Numbered from the stretch's first letter, positions 47,762 through 56,754 are shown. The stretch is 64,000 bases of DNA from Candidatus Pacearchaeota archaeon (GCA_041659265.1 JBAZYP010000001.1:128817-192816); one strand, 5' to 3'. Numbers and translations: made by a program. Notes: generated by a model from the letters alone, not told the origin.

Positions 47762-50700
47762 CAAGAAAATGGGGTTTATAGATTGATGAATGATGTTAAT
47801 ACTAATAGTACTTGTTTTAATATAACTGCGGATAATGTGACCTTGGATTGTAATAATTATATAATTAATTTTTCTAAAGGAGGCCCACAATTTAGTAATG
47901 GGGTTTATTCTAATCAAAATAGATCAAAGATTTATAATTGTAAAATTTATCAAGGAGACTCAAGATTTAATCAATATAATAGGGGAATATATGTTATATC
48001 TAGTGGTAGCGAGGGAATTGAAATAATTAATAATTTTATTTATGTTTTTGATTATCGTGGAATTGAATTCCAGTTTTCAACTTTTAGCAATTCTCCTATG
48101 ATAATAAAAAATAATAGAATAAATAGTACTTGGGAGAGAGGTATTATGATTCAATGGGGGGCTAGTAATATCAATATTTCTAATAATACTATTAATTCTT
48201 ATGATACGGGGATCTATTTTAATGGGAATAATAGGAATATTAATTGTGAAAATAATTTTGTTAATACATTTGGTACTTCTGTTGGCTTATCTTATTCAAG
48301 TGGAGTAAATTCAAGTTTTATTTCAAATTATATATATGGGGGCATGGATATGAGTGGAATTGCTATTATTAAAGATAATTATGTAAAAAGTATTAATAAT
48401 ATTGGTATTTATCTAGCTGCTCAAAATTCTGTTATGATAAATAATACTGGAATTTCTTTAAGTAATTTTGGAATTGGTGTTTATGAATCTAATATTATTC
48501 TTATAAACAATACTGCATCATCAAATTCATCTTTTGCAATAGAGGTTTATACTAATAATAATATTTCAATTATTAATCAAAATGTTACTGGAGTTTCTTC
48601 AAGTAGTGGTGGATATTTGATTTCTGATGGTAATAATATAATAATTAAAGATTGTATTACAATTCAATATGGTTATTCTGCTATTAATGTTACAGGTAAT
48701 GTAAACAATCTTACTATTCTTAATTGTTCCTATGATTCTTCTAAGGAGTTTGTAAAATTAGGAGGTAATCTAACTAGAAACTGGTATTTGGATGTTAATG
48801 TAAGTAATTTAACCGGTCAACTTGATAACGCGCAAGTTAATTCAAGTAACTCAAGTGGAATATTGCAAGATTCTGATTTAACTACAAGTAGTGGAATTGT
48901 TAGACAAGAATTAGTTGAATATGTTAATATCGGTGGAAGTAGAACATATTATTCACCTTATACTTTGAATGTGACTAAATCTAATTATACTTCTTATGGA
49001 AATAATTCTGTTAATCTAAGTGGAAATAAGTGGATGGATGCGAATCTTGATATATTTGAAGAAATTCCTATAATAATAAACATTCTTTATCCAGTTAATG
49101 GAACAATTTATAATTATAATGTAAGTAATATTAATTATAGTGTTAATGTAACTGATGGTTCTTGTTGGTATAGCTTGAATAGTGGAAATACCAATTCTAG
49201 TGCTCTAGCTTCTGGAATTAATTTTACAAATGTTGTTTCAGTTGAAGGAATAAATAATTGGATAGTTTATTGTAATGATAGTTCTGGAAATATGAATTCT
49301 AGTTTAGTTATATATTATCTTAATAGGAGTTTGAATATTACTCAAACAATTTATCAAAATCAATCTGGAGTTGTTAGTGGAACAGTAGTTAGAGGAGATA
49401 ATATTACAATTAATGCAACAATTGTAAATGCAACTGTAATCGATAGATTTTGGATTAAGATATGGCAAGGTGCCATTGGTGCTTCACAGATAATATGGCA
49501 AGGATTTATGGCCTTTATATCCGGAAATTTATGGAGTGTTACAATACCTACAAACTCAAGTTGGAATATTGGTGAAGTGAATTATACGGTTTATAGCAAT
49601 GATACAATTGGGCAGGAAGTTAATTTGAGTGGGAATTTTACTACATTAGCGCAAAATCCTCTTGTTATTATAATCGGTTATCCTGTGAATAATTCTCAAT
49701 ATAATTATTATGTTAATTCTATTAATTATAGTATAATTGAAAACTCGACTTCTGTTGATAAGTGCCGGTATAGTAATTCAAGTGGAAATTGGAATTCTAG
49801 CATAGTTAATGCTGGAAATAATTTTACAAACGTTAGTACAAAATTAGGTGAAAATAATTTTATTATTTGGTGTAATGAAAGTAATGGAAATACTAATTAT
49901 AGCTTGGTTAATTTTAATGTTACAATAGATTCATATTCTCCTGTAATTGATAACTTTAGTGAATTATTTGTTTGTGAAGATGAGGCACTTAATTATTATT
50001 TTAATGTAAGTGATGATGATTCTAATTTGGATATTTCAAATTATAGTATTATTCCTGAATATCCTCTTAGTCCTTTTTATTTAAATTATAATTCTCAATA
50101 TAATTTAACTAAAGAGATATTTTATTTGTTTTCTGGAATTATAACTAAAAGTAATGTAGGTGGAATATTATCCGGATATAGGATTTATAATGAAAATATT
50201 AGTTTTACTGATGGGGAATCTATTACTCGAAGAAATTTTAATATAACTTTGATTGGTATAAATCATGCACCGATTATTGAAAATATTCCTAGTAATATAA
50301 CTCTATATATAAGTGGCGGAAATACAACTTATAATTTTATTGCTAGTTCAAGTGATATTGAAGATGGAACTAATCTCGATTCTAATCTTACATATAATAT
50401 TAGTTTTTCAGCTACAAATTTATTTAATATAGGTTCTAATGGAAGTATGTTTTTTAATGCAACAAACTCTAGTGAACTTGGAGTTCATGACGTAACAATT
50501 TGTGTCATTGATAGAAATCTAACAAATATTCATACAAATATTAGCTATTATTGTTCTAATTCTGGATTATCTAAATCTAATTGTACAACATTTTCTTTAA
50601 TAATAACAAATGAAAATCGGGCACCACAGATATTAAGTTATTATCCAAATCTAAATTTAAGTGTAAATGGAAATAGTGCTATGATGTTTAATGTTAGTTC

Positions 50701-51580
50701 AATTGATTATGAAGGAACAATTCCAAATACTTATTGGTATATTAATAATATTCTTGAAGAAACAGATACAAATAATACTCTAGCAATTTTAAGCCATACA
50801 TTTGGCTGTGGTGTATCTGGATATCATAATGTAACTGCATTTGTAAGTGATGGAAATTTATCAAGTTCAATATCTTGGAATATTTCAGTAACTCTTAATC
50901 CTTGTACAGTAACTGTTGTTGATAGTGGTGGTGGAGGAGGCGGTGGAGGCGGAGGTGCACCAAGTTATATAACCTATACTCCAAATAAAACTGAATTAGA
51001 AAATGAATATATAAGATCTTTAAGAAATAATGATAGATTTAAATTAAATATTTCAAATAATATTTATTATCTTATTTTATCTAGTCAAAATTCAAATAAT
51101 GTAGAAGTATATACTTTGCACGATATGAAGAATTATTCAATTAAACCTAATGGAAATATCTTGCTTGATTTGGATAATAATAATCAATCAGAAATAATTG
51201 TAAACTTTTTATCTTCTAAAGATATTTATGCAAATATTAGTGTTAAAACATTTATTCAAGAAATAAAACAAAATAAAACAGAAGTAAAAAATAATATTTT
51301 AGAAGAAGAACTTTTTGAGGAAGCACCTGAATTAGAGAAAGGTAGTAATAGAATAAAACCCAATAAATATGAACCGGTTTTAATAACAATTGGAATAATA
51401 ATTGCTGCTATTTTGGTTTCATTTATAATTTATTTAGGTTATAGGGCTTATAAAATAAGAAAAAATCTTTATACTGCACCAAAAATATTACCTAAAAAGA
51501 TTGTAAAAATTGCTCCTAAAATAAATAAAAAAATTCCTTCAATAAAACCAAAACGACCATTATGGGGAACAGGAAAATAA
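47702..51580 (+). CDS. giant surface protein, C-terminal segment (sixth beta-helix cassette, Ig-like repeats, poly-Gly, C-terminal TM anchor)
   Basis: The track start is a TTG inside repeat module A, and the sequence continues module A in the +1 frame. It has N(H/R)AP(I/Q)I Ig-like domain boundaries, G10, the TM helix VLITIGIIIAAILVSFIIYLGY and a K/R-rich tail. Confidence 0.8.
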   Translation: MSGNFTTVENYNVTQCGELGQENGVYRLMNDVNTNSTCFNITADNVTLDCNNYIINFSKGGPQFSNGVYSNQNRSKIYNCKIYQGDSRFNQYNRGIYVISSGSEGIEIINNFIYVFDYRGIEFQFSTFSNSPMIIKNNRINSTWERGIMIQWGASNINISNNTINSYDTGIYFNGNNRNINCENNFVNTFGTSVGLSYSSGVNSSFISNYIYGGMDMSGIAIIKDNYVKSINNIGIYLAAQNSVMINNTGISLSNFGIGVYESNIILINNTASSNSSFAIEVYTNNNISIINQNVTGVSSSSGGYLISDGNNIIIKDCITIQYGYSAINVTGNVNNLTILNCSYDSSKEFVKLGGNLTRNWYLDVNVSNLTGQLDNAQVNSSNSSGILQDSDLTTSSGIVRQELVEYVNIGGSRTYYSPYTLNVTKSNYTSYGNNSVNLSGNKWMDANLDIFEEIPIIINILYPVNGTIYNYNVSNINYSVNVTDGSCWYSLNSGNTNSSALASGINFTNVVSVEGINNWIVYCNDSSGNMNSSLVIYYLNRSLNITQTIYQNQSGVVSGTVVRGDNITINATIVNATVIDRFWIKIWQGAIGASQIIWQGFMAFISGNLWSVTIPTNSSWNIGEVNYTVYSNDTIGQEVNLSGNFTTLAQNPLVIIIGYPVNNSQYNYYVNSINYSIIENSTSVDKCRYSNSSGNWNSSIVNAGNNFTNVSTKLGENNFIIWCNESNGNTNYSLVNFNVTIDSYSPVIDNFSELFVCEDEALNYYFNVSDDDSNLDISNYSIIPEYPLSPFYLNYNSQYNLTKEIFYLFSGIITKSNVGGILSGYRIYNENISFTDGESITRRNFNITLIGINHAPIIENIPSNITLYISGGNTTYNFIASSSDIEDGTNLDSNLTYNISFSATNLFNIGSNGSMFFNATNSSELGVHDVTICVIDRNLTNIHTNISYYCSNSGLSKSNCTTFSLIITNENRAPQILSYYPNLNLSVNGNSAMMFNVSSIDYEGTIPNTYWYINNILEETDTNNTLAILSHTFGCGVSGYHNVTAFVSDGNLSSSISWNISVTLNPCTVTVVDSGGGGGGGGGGAPSYITYTPNKTELENEYIRSLRNNDRFKLNISNNIYYLILSSQNSNNVEVYTLHDMKNYSIKPNGNILLDLDNNNQSEIIVNFLSSKDIYANISVKTFIQEIKQNKTEVKNNILEEELFEEAPELEKGSNRIKPNKYEPVLITIGIIIAAILVSFIIYLGYRAYKIRKNLYTAPKILPKKIVKIAPKINKKIPSIKPKRPLWGTGK
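48776..49045 (+). repeat. module B, copy 3
   Basis: See 41486..41775. Confidence 0.8.
49331..49645 (+). repeat. module A, copy 4
   Basis: LNITQTIYQNQSGVVSGTVVRGDNITINATIVNATVIDRFWIKIWQGAIGASQIIWQGFMAFISGNLWSVTIPTNSSWNIGEVNYTVYSNDTIGQEVNLSGNFTT. Confidence 0.85.
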
Positions 51581-51591
51581 CTTTATATTCT

Positions 51592-52623
51592 TTATCTTGT
51601 TGTTACAATTATTTTGTTATCAGGAGTTTTTATAAAAGTATGTTCTGCTTGAGAAACAGGTTTTTTTGATACTTCAATTAATTGAGGATAACTATGTACA
51701 ATACCTGTATCAACAAGTTCTTTTAAACCTAATTTTGAGATATTTCCAAATTCTTCTTGAAGTTCTCTTAAAGAAAATGGTAAGGTTTGTTTTTTCATCC
51801 AGATGTATTCTAGAATTTTTCTTGCTGTAGGGCCTCTTGGAGTTCTTGGATTAGCTACTCTATAGATATTACTTGGAGGACCATCATGAATTTTTCCTTC
51901 ACCAGTTGTAGCAAAAGGTTCTATCGCATATGCACCTGGATCAATTCTATGAGGACTATTATTAGCATGGTTTGGAATTGTTTCACCTGCATGAATGGTA
52001 TAAGGTGCTAAAGAATGACCTGAAAGATTAACTATTGGTGAAAATCCTCTCTTTTCTATTGATTCTTGAATAGTTTTTCCAATATCATTTAATGTAGGAT
52101 CTTTATCTAAAAGTTTAATAGCATTTTCTAAAGCTTCTTCTGAAGCTTTTATTAAACTGGTGAATTTTTTATCATCTGTTAAATCTAAAGAAAAAGAGGT
52201 ATCTGCAATAAATCCTTCAATATGAATCCCTAAATCAACTTTTAATAATCCTGTTGCTTTTGTTTCATCTTCTAAAGTTGGATGATAATGGGCAGCAACT
52301 TCGTTAATTGATAAATTTACTGGAAAAGCAGGTTCTCCTCCTAATTCATATGTTTTTTTCTCAATCATCTGTGCAATTTCAAGAAGAAGCATATCTTTTT
52401 TTATAATGGGTCTTGCATATTCTTTTACTTTTATTGCAATTTCACCAGCTTTAATATAATTATTAATTTCCTTATCAATCTCTTTAGTAATTTTATTTGA
52501 AACTTTGTTTAATTTTTCTATTTTCTTTTCAGTTGTTTTGTTAGGTTTATCTGTTTTAGATTTTACAGGTCCACCTAAATGCTCTCTAATTCCATTATTT
52601 CCTCCGTATGATTTTTCTGTCAT
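51592..52623 (-). CDS. map: methionine aminopeptidase, type 2, with Lys-rich N-terminal extension
   Basis: The motifs AAHYHP, DLGIHIEGFIADTSF, GHSLAPYTIHAG, AIEPFATTG and AEHTF are present. About 50 extra basic N-terminal residues precede the core. Confidence 0.9.
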   Translation of the reverse strand: MTEKSYGGNNGIREHLGGPVKSKTDKPNKTTEKKIEKLNKVSNKITKEIDKEINNYIKAGEIAIKVKEYARPIIKKDMLLLEIAQMIEKKTYELGGEPAFPVNLSINEVAAHYHPTLEDETKATGLLKVDLGIHIEGFIADTSFSLDLTDDKKFTSLIKASEEALENAIKLLDKDPTLNDIGKTIQESIEKRGFSPIVNLSGHSLAPYTIHAGETIPNHANNSPHRIDPGAYAIEPFATTGEGKIHDGPPSNIYRVANPRTPRGPTARKILEYIWMKKQTLPFSLRELQEEFGNISKLGLKELVDTGIVHSYPQLIEVSKKPVSQAEHTFIKTPDNKIIVTTR

Positions 52624-52852
52624 GTAATATTTAACCTCATTAAATGAACATCAGAAAAATTGATAATTTTTCTGTCATGAATAGTCTAAAATTTTGGGGT
52701 ATATAAATCTTTAAACTTGCAAAACCTATTAAAATATGCTTGAAAAAGGTGAAAGAAAAGATTGTTAATAAAAGGCCTATTAGCCATATTAGGTATTTTT
52801 TTAAATTAAATAGATAAGTTTTTATAGGCTCTAAATAAATGATATTTTAAGG

Positions 52853-53119
52853 ATGATGGATTCAAATTTACAGGAGATAGTTAATAGTATTTTAAGTCAT
52901 ACGCCTGGAGATACTATTCCTGATGATTTAATAAGAAAAGGTCTTGATGTTTTTGCAGATAGTTATAGAAAACTTATTCCAGGTGAAGATGGTATTTGTT
53001 ATGATAAAGCAGCTTTTACATTTATTAGTACTATAGTTGGTGATAAAAATCTAGCTGTAATTCAGTTATACATGGATTATTATGAAACTAATAAGATTGT
53101 TAAAAGGAAAAGTGAATAA
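52853..53119 (+). CDS. hypothetical protein
   Basis: This is an 88-aa ORF with no recognised motif. Confidence 0.45.
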   Translation: MMDSNLQEIVNSILSHTPGDTIPDDLIRKGLDVFADSYRKLIPGEDGICYDKAAFTFISTIVGDKNLAVIQLYMDYYETNKIVKRKSE

Positions 53120-53124
53120 AAAGT

Positions 53125-53256
53125 AAATTAAAAATTTCTTTATAAAATTTTTAGATAAACTATCTAATCCTACGCTCTTTAGCCATAAAACAAATTAAAA
53201 ATTTCTTTTGAAATTTTTAGATTAATTATCTAATCCTACGCTCTTTAGCCATGAAA
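53125..53256. repeat. tandem duplication (about 66 bp x 2) of the 3' end of the 53226..53669 gene plus terminator hairpin
   Basis: aaattaaaaatttcttt.(t/g)aaaatttttagat.aa.tatctaatcctacgctctttagccat occurs at 53125 and 53192. The second copy holds the real stop codon. Confidence 0.8.
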
Positions 53257-53669
53257 TTGGTGATTTTTTCACCTGTTGCTTTTCCACAACCAAGAAGTTC
53301 ATTGTTATTCTTTAAGATTTTCCAATTTTTATCTGATTGTATATATAATTCATTACCTTTTAGCCATTCAAGGGCATTTTTATTATCAATTTCAAGTATA
53401 TTTTTTGATATTTGCGATTTAAAGAATTGTACACCATCAAAAGTCAGTCTTAATTTATCCACTTCCCATTTTGCAAAATATAATCCTGCTGTTTCAATTC
53501 TAAGATTAGTATCAAGATTATAAAGTTCATTATTTGAAAGATTTGAAGTAAATATACGTAATTTTTCTTCTCCAAATTTTAAAACTATAAATGGTAGATG
53601 TTCTATTCCATATTGTTCGTTTAATTGTTCTAATAATCTTTTTTTATCAGATGGAGAGAGGATTTTCAT
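53226..53669 (-). CDS. stand-alone PUA-like RNA-binding domain of the RsmF/NOL1-NOP2-Sun type (PF13636-like), tentative
   Basis: The C-terminus LLGCGKATGEKITNFMAKERRIR resembles the conserved LG.GK...g.lKN..Pk..R end of RsmF-type methyltransferase C-terminal domains. It is the last gene of the operon that starts with the Sun-family methyltransferase. Confidence 0.5.
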   Translation of the reverse strand: MKILSPSDKKRLLEQLNEQYGIEHLPFIVLKFGEEKLRIFTSNLSNNELYNLDTNLRIETAGLYFAKWEVDKLRLTFDGVQFFKSQISKNILEIDNKNALEWLKGNELYIQSDKNWKILKNNNELLGCGKATGEKITNFMAKERRIR

Positions 53670-54184
53670 TTTATTGTTTTTATGAACTCATTTATTTGTT
53701 TATTATTTTTTAATAAGATATAATTTTTTTTATGTTTTTTTAAGATCTTATTATGATTATAATAACTTGAATGATGTTTGTTTGACTTTTTTTTATAACT
53801 ATAAGAATATTTTATTATATCTATAGTATCTTTTATTTTTGATGGTGTTTTCTTATTTGATATTCTTTGTATATGTCTTTTTATTAATCTATATAATCTT
53901 TTATTTAAGGATATATCTAGCCAAATAATTAAATCAGATTTTTTAATAGCTTCTATTCTCCAGTTAGAATAAACCCCTTCTATTATCCATGATTTATTAT
54001 TTTTTAAAAATTTTTTTAATTTTGGACCTCTTTTTTCTAATTGTAGGGCTTTAGTATATTTTTTTATCCAATATATATCATCAAGATCTAAATGTTTGAT
54101 ATTAAGTTTTTTTGATATAATTTTTGCTAAATGGGATTTACCACTTCCTGAAGTTCCCATGATGTATATTTTTTTGTATTTCAT
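53666..54184 (-). CDS. P-loop NTP kinase (adenylate-kinase/FlaR-like)
   Basis: The Walker A motif is GTSGSGKSHLAK, followed by LDLDDIYW. It has 4-nt overlaps with both neighbouring genes. Confidence 0.65.
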   Translation of the reverse strand: MKYKKIYIMGTSGSGKSHLAKIISKKLNIKHLDLDDIYWIKKYTKALQLEKRGPKLKKFLKNNKSWIIEGVYSNWRIEAIKKSDLIIWLDISLNKRLYRLIKRHIQRISNKKTPSKIKDTIDIIKYSYSYKKKSNKHHSSYYNHNKILKKHKKNYILLKNNKQINEFIKTIK

Positions 54185-54636
54185 ATTTTTTTCTCCAGGA
54201 AATAAATTTTTTCATTTTCTCCTATTTCTTTAACTGATTTTTCTTCTTTTATTTTGTATCCGTTTTTTTCATAAAATCCTGCTGAAGAAATATTACATAT
54301 TATATGGACTTCATCTGAACCCTCTTTTTTAGCTTTATTTTCCATAGATTTTATCATTTTTTTACCAAATCCCTTTCCAACTAGATTGCTTCTAATATAA
54401 AATCCAGAAATTTCATTATTAAAATATTCAATAGTTCCGATTATTTCATTATTTTCTATAGCAACATAAAGATGTTTATTTTTTATTTTTTCAAGTATTT
54501 TTTCTTTTGAATTAAGTTTTAATAAATAATCAATATGTTTTTTTGGTAATTTTTTTCCATTTACATTTATGATAGTATCTTTTCTAAGATTAAATATGGT
54601 TTCTAGATCTTGAAGTGAAGCCATTTTTAATTTCAT
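54181..54636 (-). CDS. GNAT family N-acetyltransferase
   Basis: Motif A is RSNLVGKGFGKKMIKSMENKAKKEG, and there is a C-terminal FYEKNGY. Confidence 0.8.
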   Translation of the reverse strand: MKLKMASLQDLETIFNLRKDTIINVNGKKLPKKHIDYLLKLNSKEKILEKIKNKHLYVAIENNEIIGTIEYFNNEISGFYIRSNLVGKGFGKKMIKSMENKAKKEGSDEVHIICNISSAGFYEKNGYKIKEEKSVKEIGENEKIYFLEKKI

Positions 54637-55613
54637 TTCATATCTCCTTTCTTTTTATCAGATAGTTTTTTAATTTTACATAAGAAAAATCCTTCCATAT
54701 CATTATCATGATGATAAATTCTTGCTGCTTTTTTTAATTCAGTGGAGAACTTTTCATTTTTCCATTCACTTATTCCTGGTCTAAATTTGATTGGAAGAGT
54801 TATTGGAAGAATTTCAATATCATAATTATCTAATAAATATTGAACAACACTTTCATTTTCTTCAGGCGCATGAGTACAAGTTGAATAAACCATGATTCCA
54901 TCTACTTTTAATAATTCTAAAGCGCGAGATGCTAATTTTTTTTGTTTTTTACCAAATCTTTCCAAAAGTCCTTCTGACCATTCTAAAAGGGTTCTAGGTG
55001 AACAACGAATATTACCTTCACCTGAACAAGGTGCATCAACTAATATTTTATCAAATTTATAACCAATTTTATCTAATTTTTGACAAAGTTCAAGACCTTC
55101 ATGTCTTGTTACAATTGTGTTTGTTATACCTAACCTTTCAAGATTAGCAGATAAAATTGAAATTCTACCCATTGATATATCATTAGCAATAATATTACCC
55201 GTATTATTCATAATTGCTGCTGCCTGAGTAGTTTTTGAACCAGGAGAAGCACAAAGATCTAAAAGAGATTCATTTTCTTTTGGGTCAAGAGCTATTATCG
55301 GCATCATTGAAGTTATTTCTTGAACATAAAAATAACCTAGAATATGTTCTTTAGATTTTCCTAATTCACCTGGTTCAAGAATAGATTCTATTCTAATTAT
55401 CTCTGGATAATCTTTTATTCCTGAAATAATCCAACCTTTTTCTTTAATTCTAGATAATAATTCTTCAGGAGTTGTTCTTAAGGTATTTATTCTAATTGAT
55501 TTTTTAGGAGCTGATTTAGAATATTCAAAGAATGTTTTTACATCTTGTTCATTATCTAAAAGCAGATTTATTCTTTCAAGGAATCTTGGTTTAGGTTCAT
55601 AATTATGTCTCAT
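54633..55613 (-). CDS. NOL1/NOP2/Sun-family RNA cytosine-C5 methyltransferase
   Basis: It has the SAM motif DLCASPGSKT and the catalytic motifs DAPCSGEG and YSTCT. The track start at 55685 is TTG; the ATG is at 55613. Confidence 0.85.
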   Translation of the reverse strand: MRHNYEPKPRFLERINLLLDNEQDVKTFFEYSKSAPKKSIRINTLRTTPEELLSRIKEKGWIISGIKDYPEIIRIESILEPGELGKSKEHILGYFYVQEITSMMPIIALDPKENESLLDLCASPGSKTTQAAAIMNNTGNIIANDISMGRISILSANLERLGITNTIVTRHEGLELCQKLDKIGYKFDKILVDAPCSGEGNIRCSPRTLLEWSEGLLERFGKKQKKLASRALELLKVDGIMVYSTCTHAPEENESVVQYLLDNYDIEILPITLPIKFRPGISEWKNEKFSTELKKAARIYHHDNDMEGFFLCKIKKLSDKKKGDMK

Positions 55614-55813
55614 AAAAATATGAAGAAAAAGAGGGTTATTAAGATTACTCTTTTTAGGGCTTTGTTCGAAGTTTGTCAACTTCAAATAAGAACGCCACGT
55701 TTAAGACTAAATAATGCTAATTAAATGAAGATTCTGTTCAATTTGGATAGAGCAATAAAGAATAATCTTTATATACAGAGAAAAAGTGTTTATAATATAA
55801 GAAAAGAGGAAAA

Positions 55814-56263
55814 ATGATAGAAGGATATTTGGTTGATGTTAATGTAAGATTCTTTTTTAGTTTATTATTATGCACAATTGCAGGATTTTTAATTGGTTTA
55901 GAAAGAGAATCCAGAGGAAAAGATGCAGGGATTTCTACTCATATTTTTGTAATTAGTGGAGCTATGCTTTTTACTTATATGTCTGTTTTAACTGAAACAA
56001 GTGATCCTCGAATAGCAGCTCAGATTGTAACTGGAATAGGATTTTTAGGTGCTGGGTTAATATTAAAAGAAGGTGAAAGAGTAATTAATTTAACAACTGC
56101 AGCTAGTATGTGGTTTTCAGGAGGACTTGGTATGGCAATAGGTTTTGGATATTATAGTATCGCTGCAATTGGTACAGTTATAGCTGTATTTGTTCCAAGA
56201 TTTCCTCATATTCATAAGGAAAGTCCAGAAAGTGTTAATTATAGGACTAAAAAGAAGCATTAA
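55814..56263 (+). CDS. MgtC/SapB family membrane protein
   Basis: LLLCTIAGFLIGLERESRGKDAGISTHIFV and VTGIGFLGAGLILKEG are present. Confidence 0.8.
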   Translation: MIEGYLVDVNVRFFFSLLLCTIAGFLIGLERESRGKDAGISTHIFVISGAMLFTYMSVLTETSDPRIAAQIVTGIGFLGAGLILKEGERVINLTTAASMWFSGGLGMAIGFGYYSIAAIGTVIAVFVPRFPHIHKESPESVNYRTKKKH

Positions 56264-56271
56264 AATTTAAA

Positions 56272-56643
56272 ATGAAAAATATTGGATTATATATTGATCA
56301 TATCGGATTTTTGCTATGGATGTTTTTAATATTTGTTTTTTATAATGATTATAATAATAAAAAGATTAGGAATAAGTTACCAAGATATCTTGTTTTTGCA
56401 ATAGCTTTTTTAGGAATTATAATTGATGGATATTTATTGATTAATTTTTATATGGGTAACCCAATAATTGCTGAAGCAATTAAATATGATCTTTTGGGAA
56501 TACCTGTATTTTCATTTTTGATTGGACTAGCAATATATGATTTAACTAAAGGTATTGGACCTAAATATCTAAAGATTTTATTATTAGTTGTTTCTATTGG
56601 TGGTCTAATTGCAGATGGTGGGATGATTATTGGGTTGTTTTAA
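56272..56643 (+). CDS. hypothetical four-TM membrane protein
   Basis: The call rests on its hydrophobic profile. It lies 8 nt downstream of mgtC. Confidence 0.45.
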   Translation: MKNIGLYIDHIGFLLWMFLIFVFYNDYNNKKIRNKLPRYLVFAIAFLGIIIDGYLLINFYMGNPIIAEAIKYDLLGIPVFSFLIGLAIYDLTKGIGPKYLKILLLVVSIGGLIADGGMIIGLF

Positions 56644-56754
56644 TTTAAAGATTCTAGATTTTTATTTAAGATTTAAATAAGATATTGATTATTAACTCAA
56701 TTAGTTATGATATTTTTCATATATATTTATTAATAAAACGCGGATTCTCTAATC

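Noticed and set aside
37418-47917. Small ORFs inside the giant gene (37418..37633 +, 42243..42530 -, 42871..43134 -, 45559..45777 -, 47627..47917 -)
   Set aside because: They are shadow frames of a highly repetitive N/I/S-rich coding region with K/L/I-rich nonsense products.
39871-49645. Diversity-generating retroelement (TR/VR) explanation for repeat variation
   Set aside because: There is no reverse transcriptase in the window, and differences between repeat copies are not confined to adenine positions as far as I can see.
50927-50956. Poly-Gly tract as a slippage-prone simple-sequence contingency locus
   Set aside because: Its ten Gly codons use mixed ggt/gga/ggc codons, so it is not a homopolymer or a perfect trinucleotide repeat.
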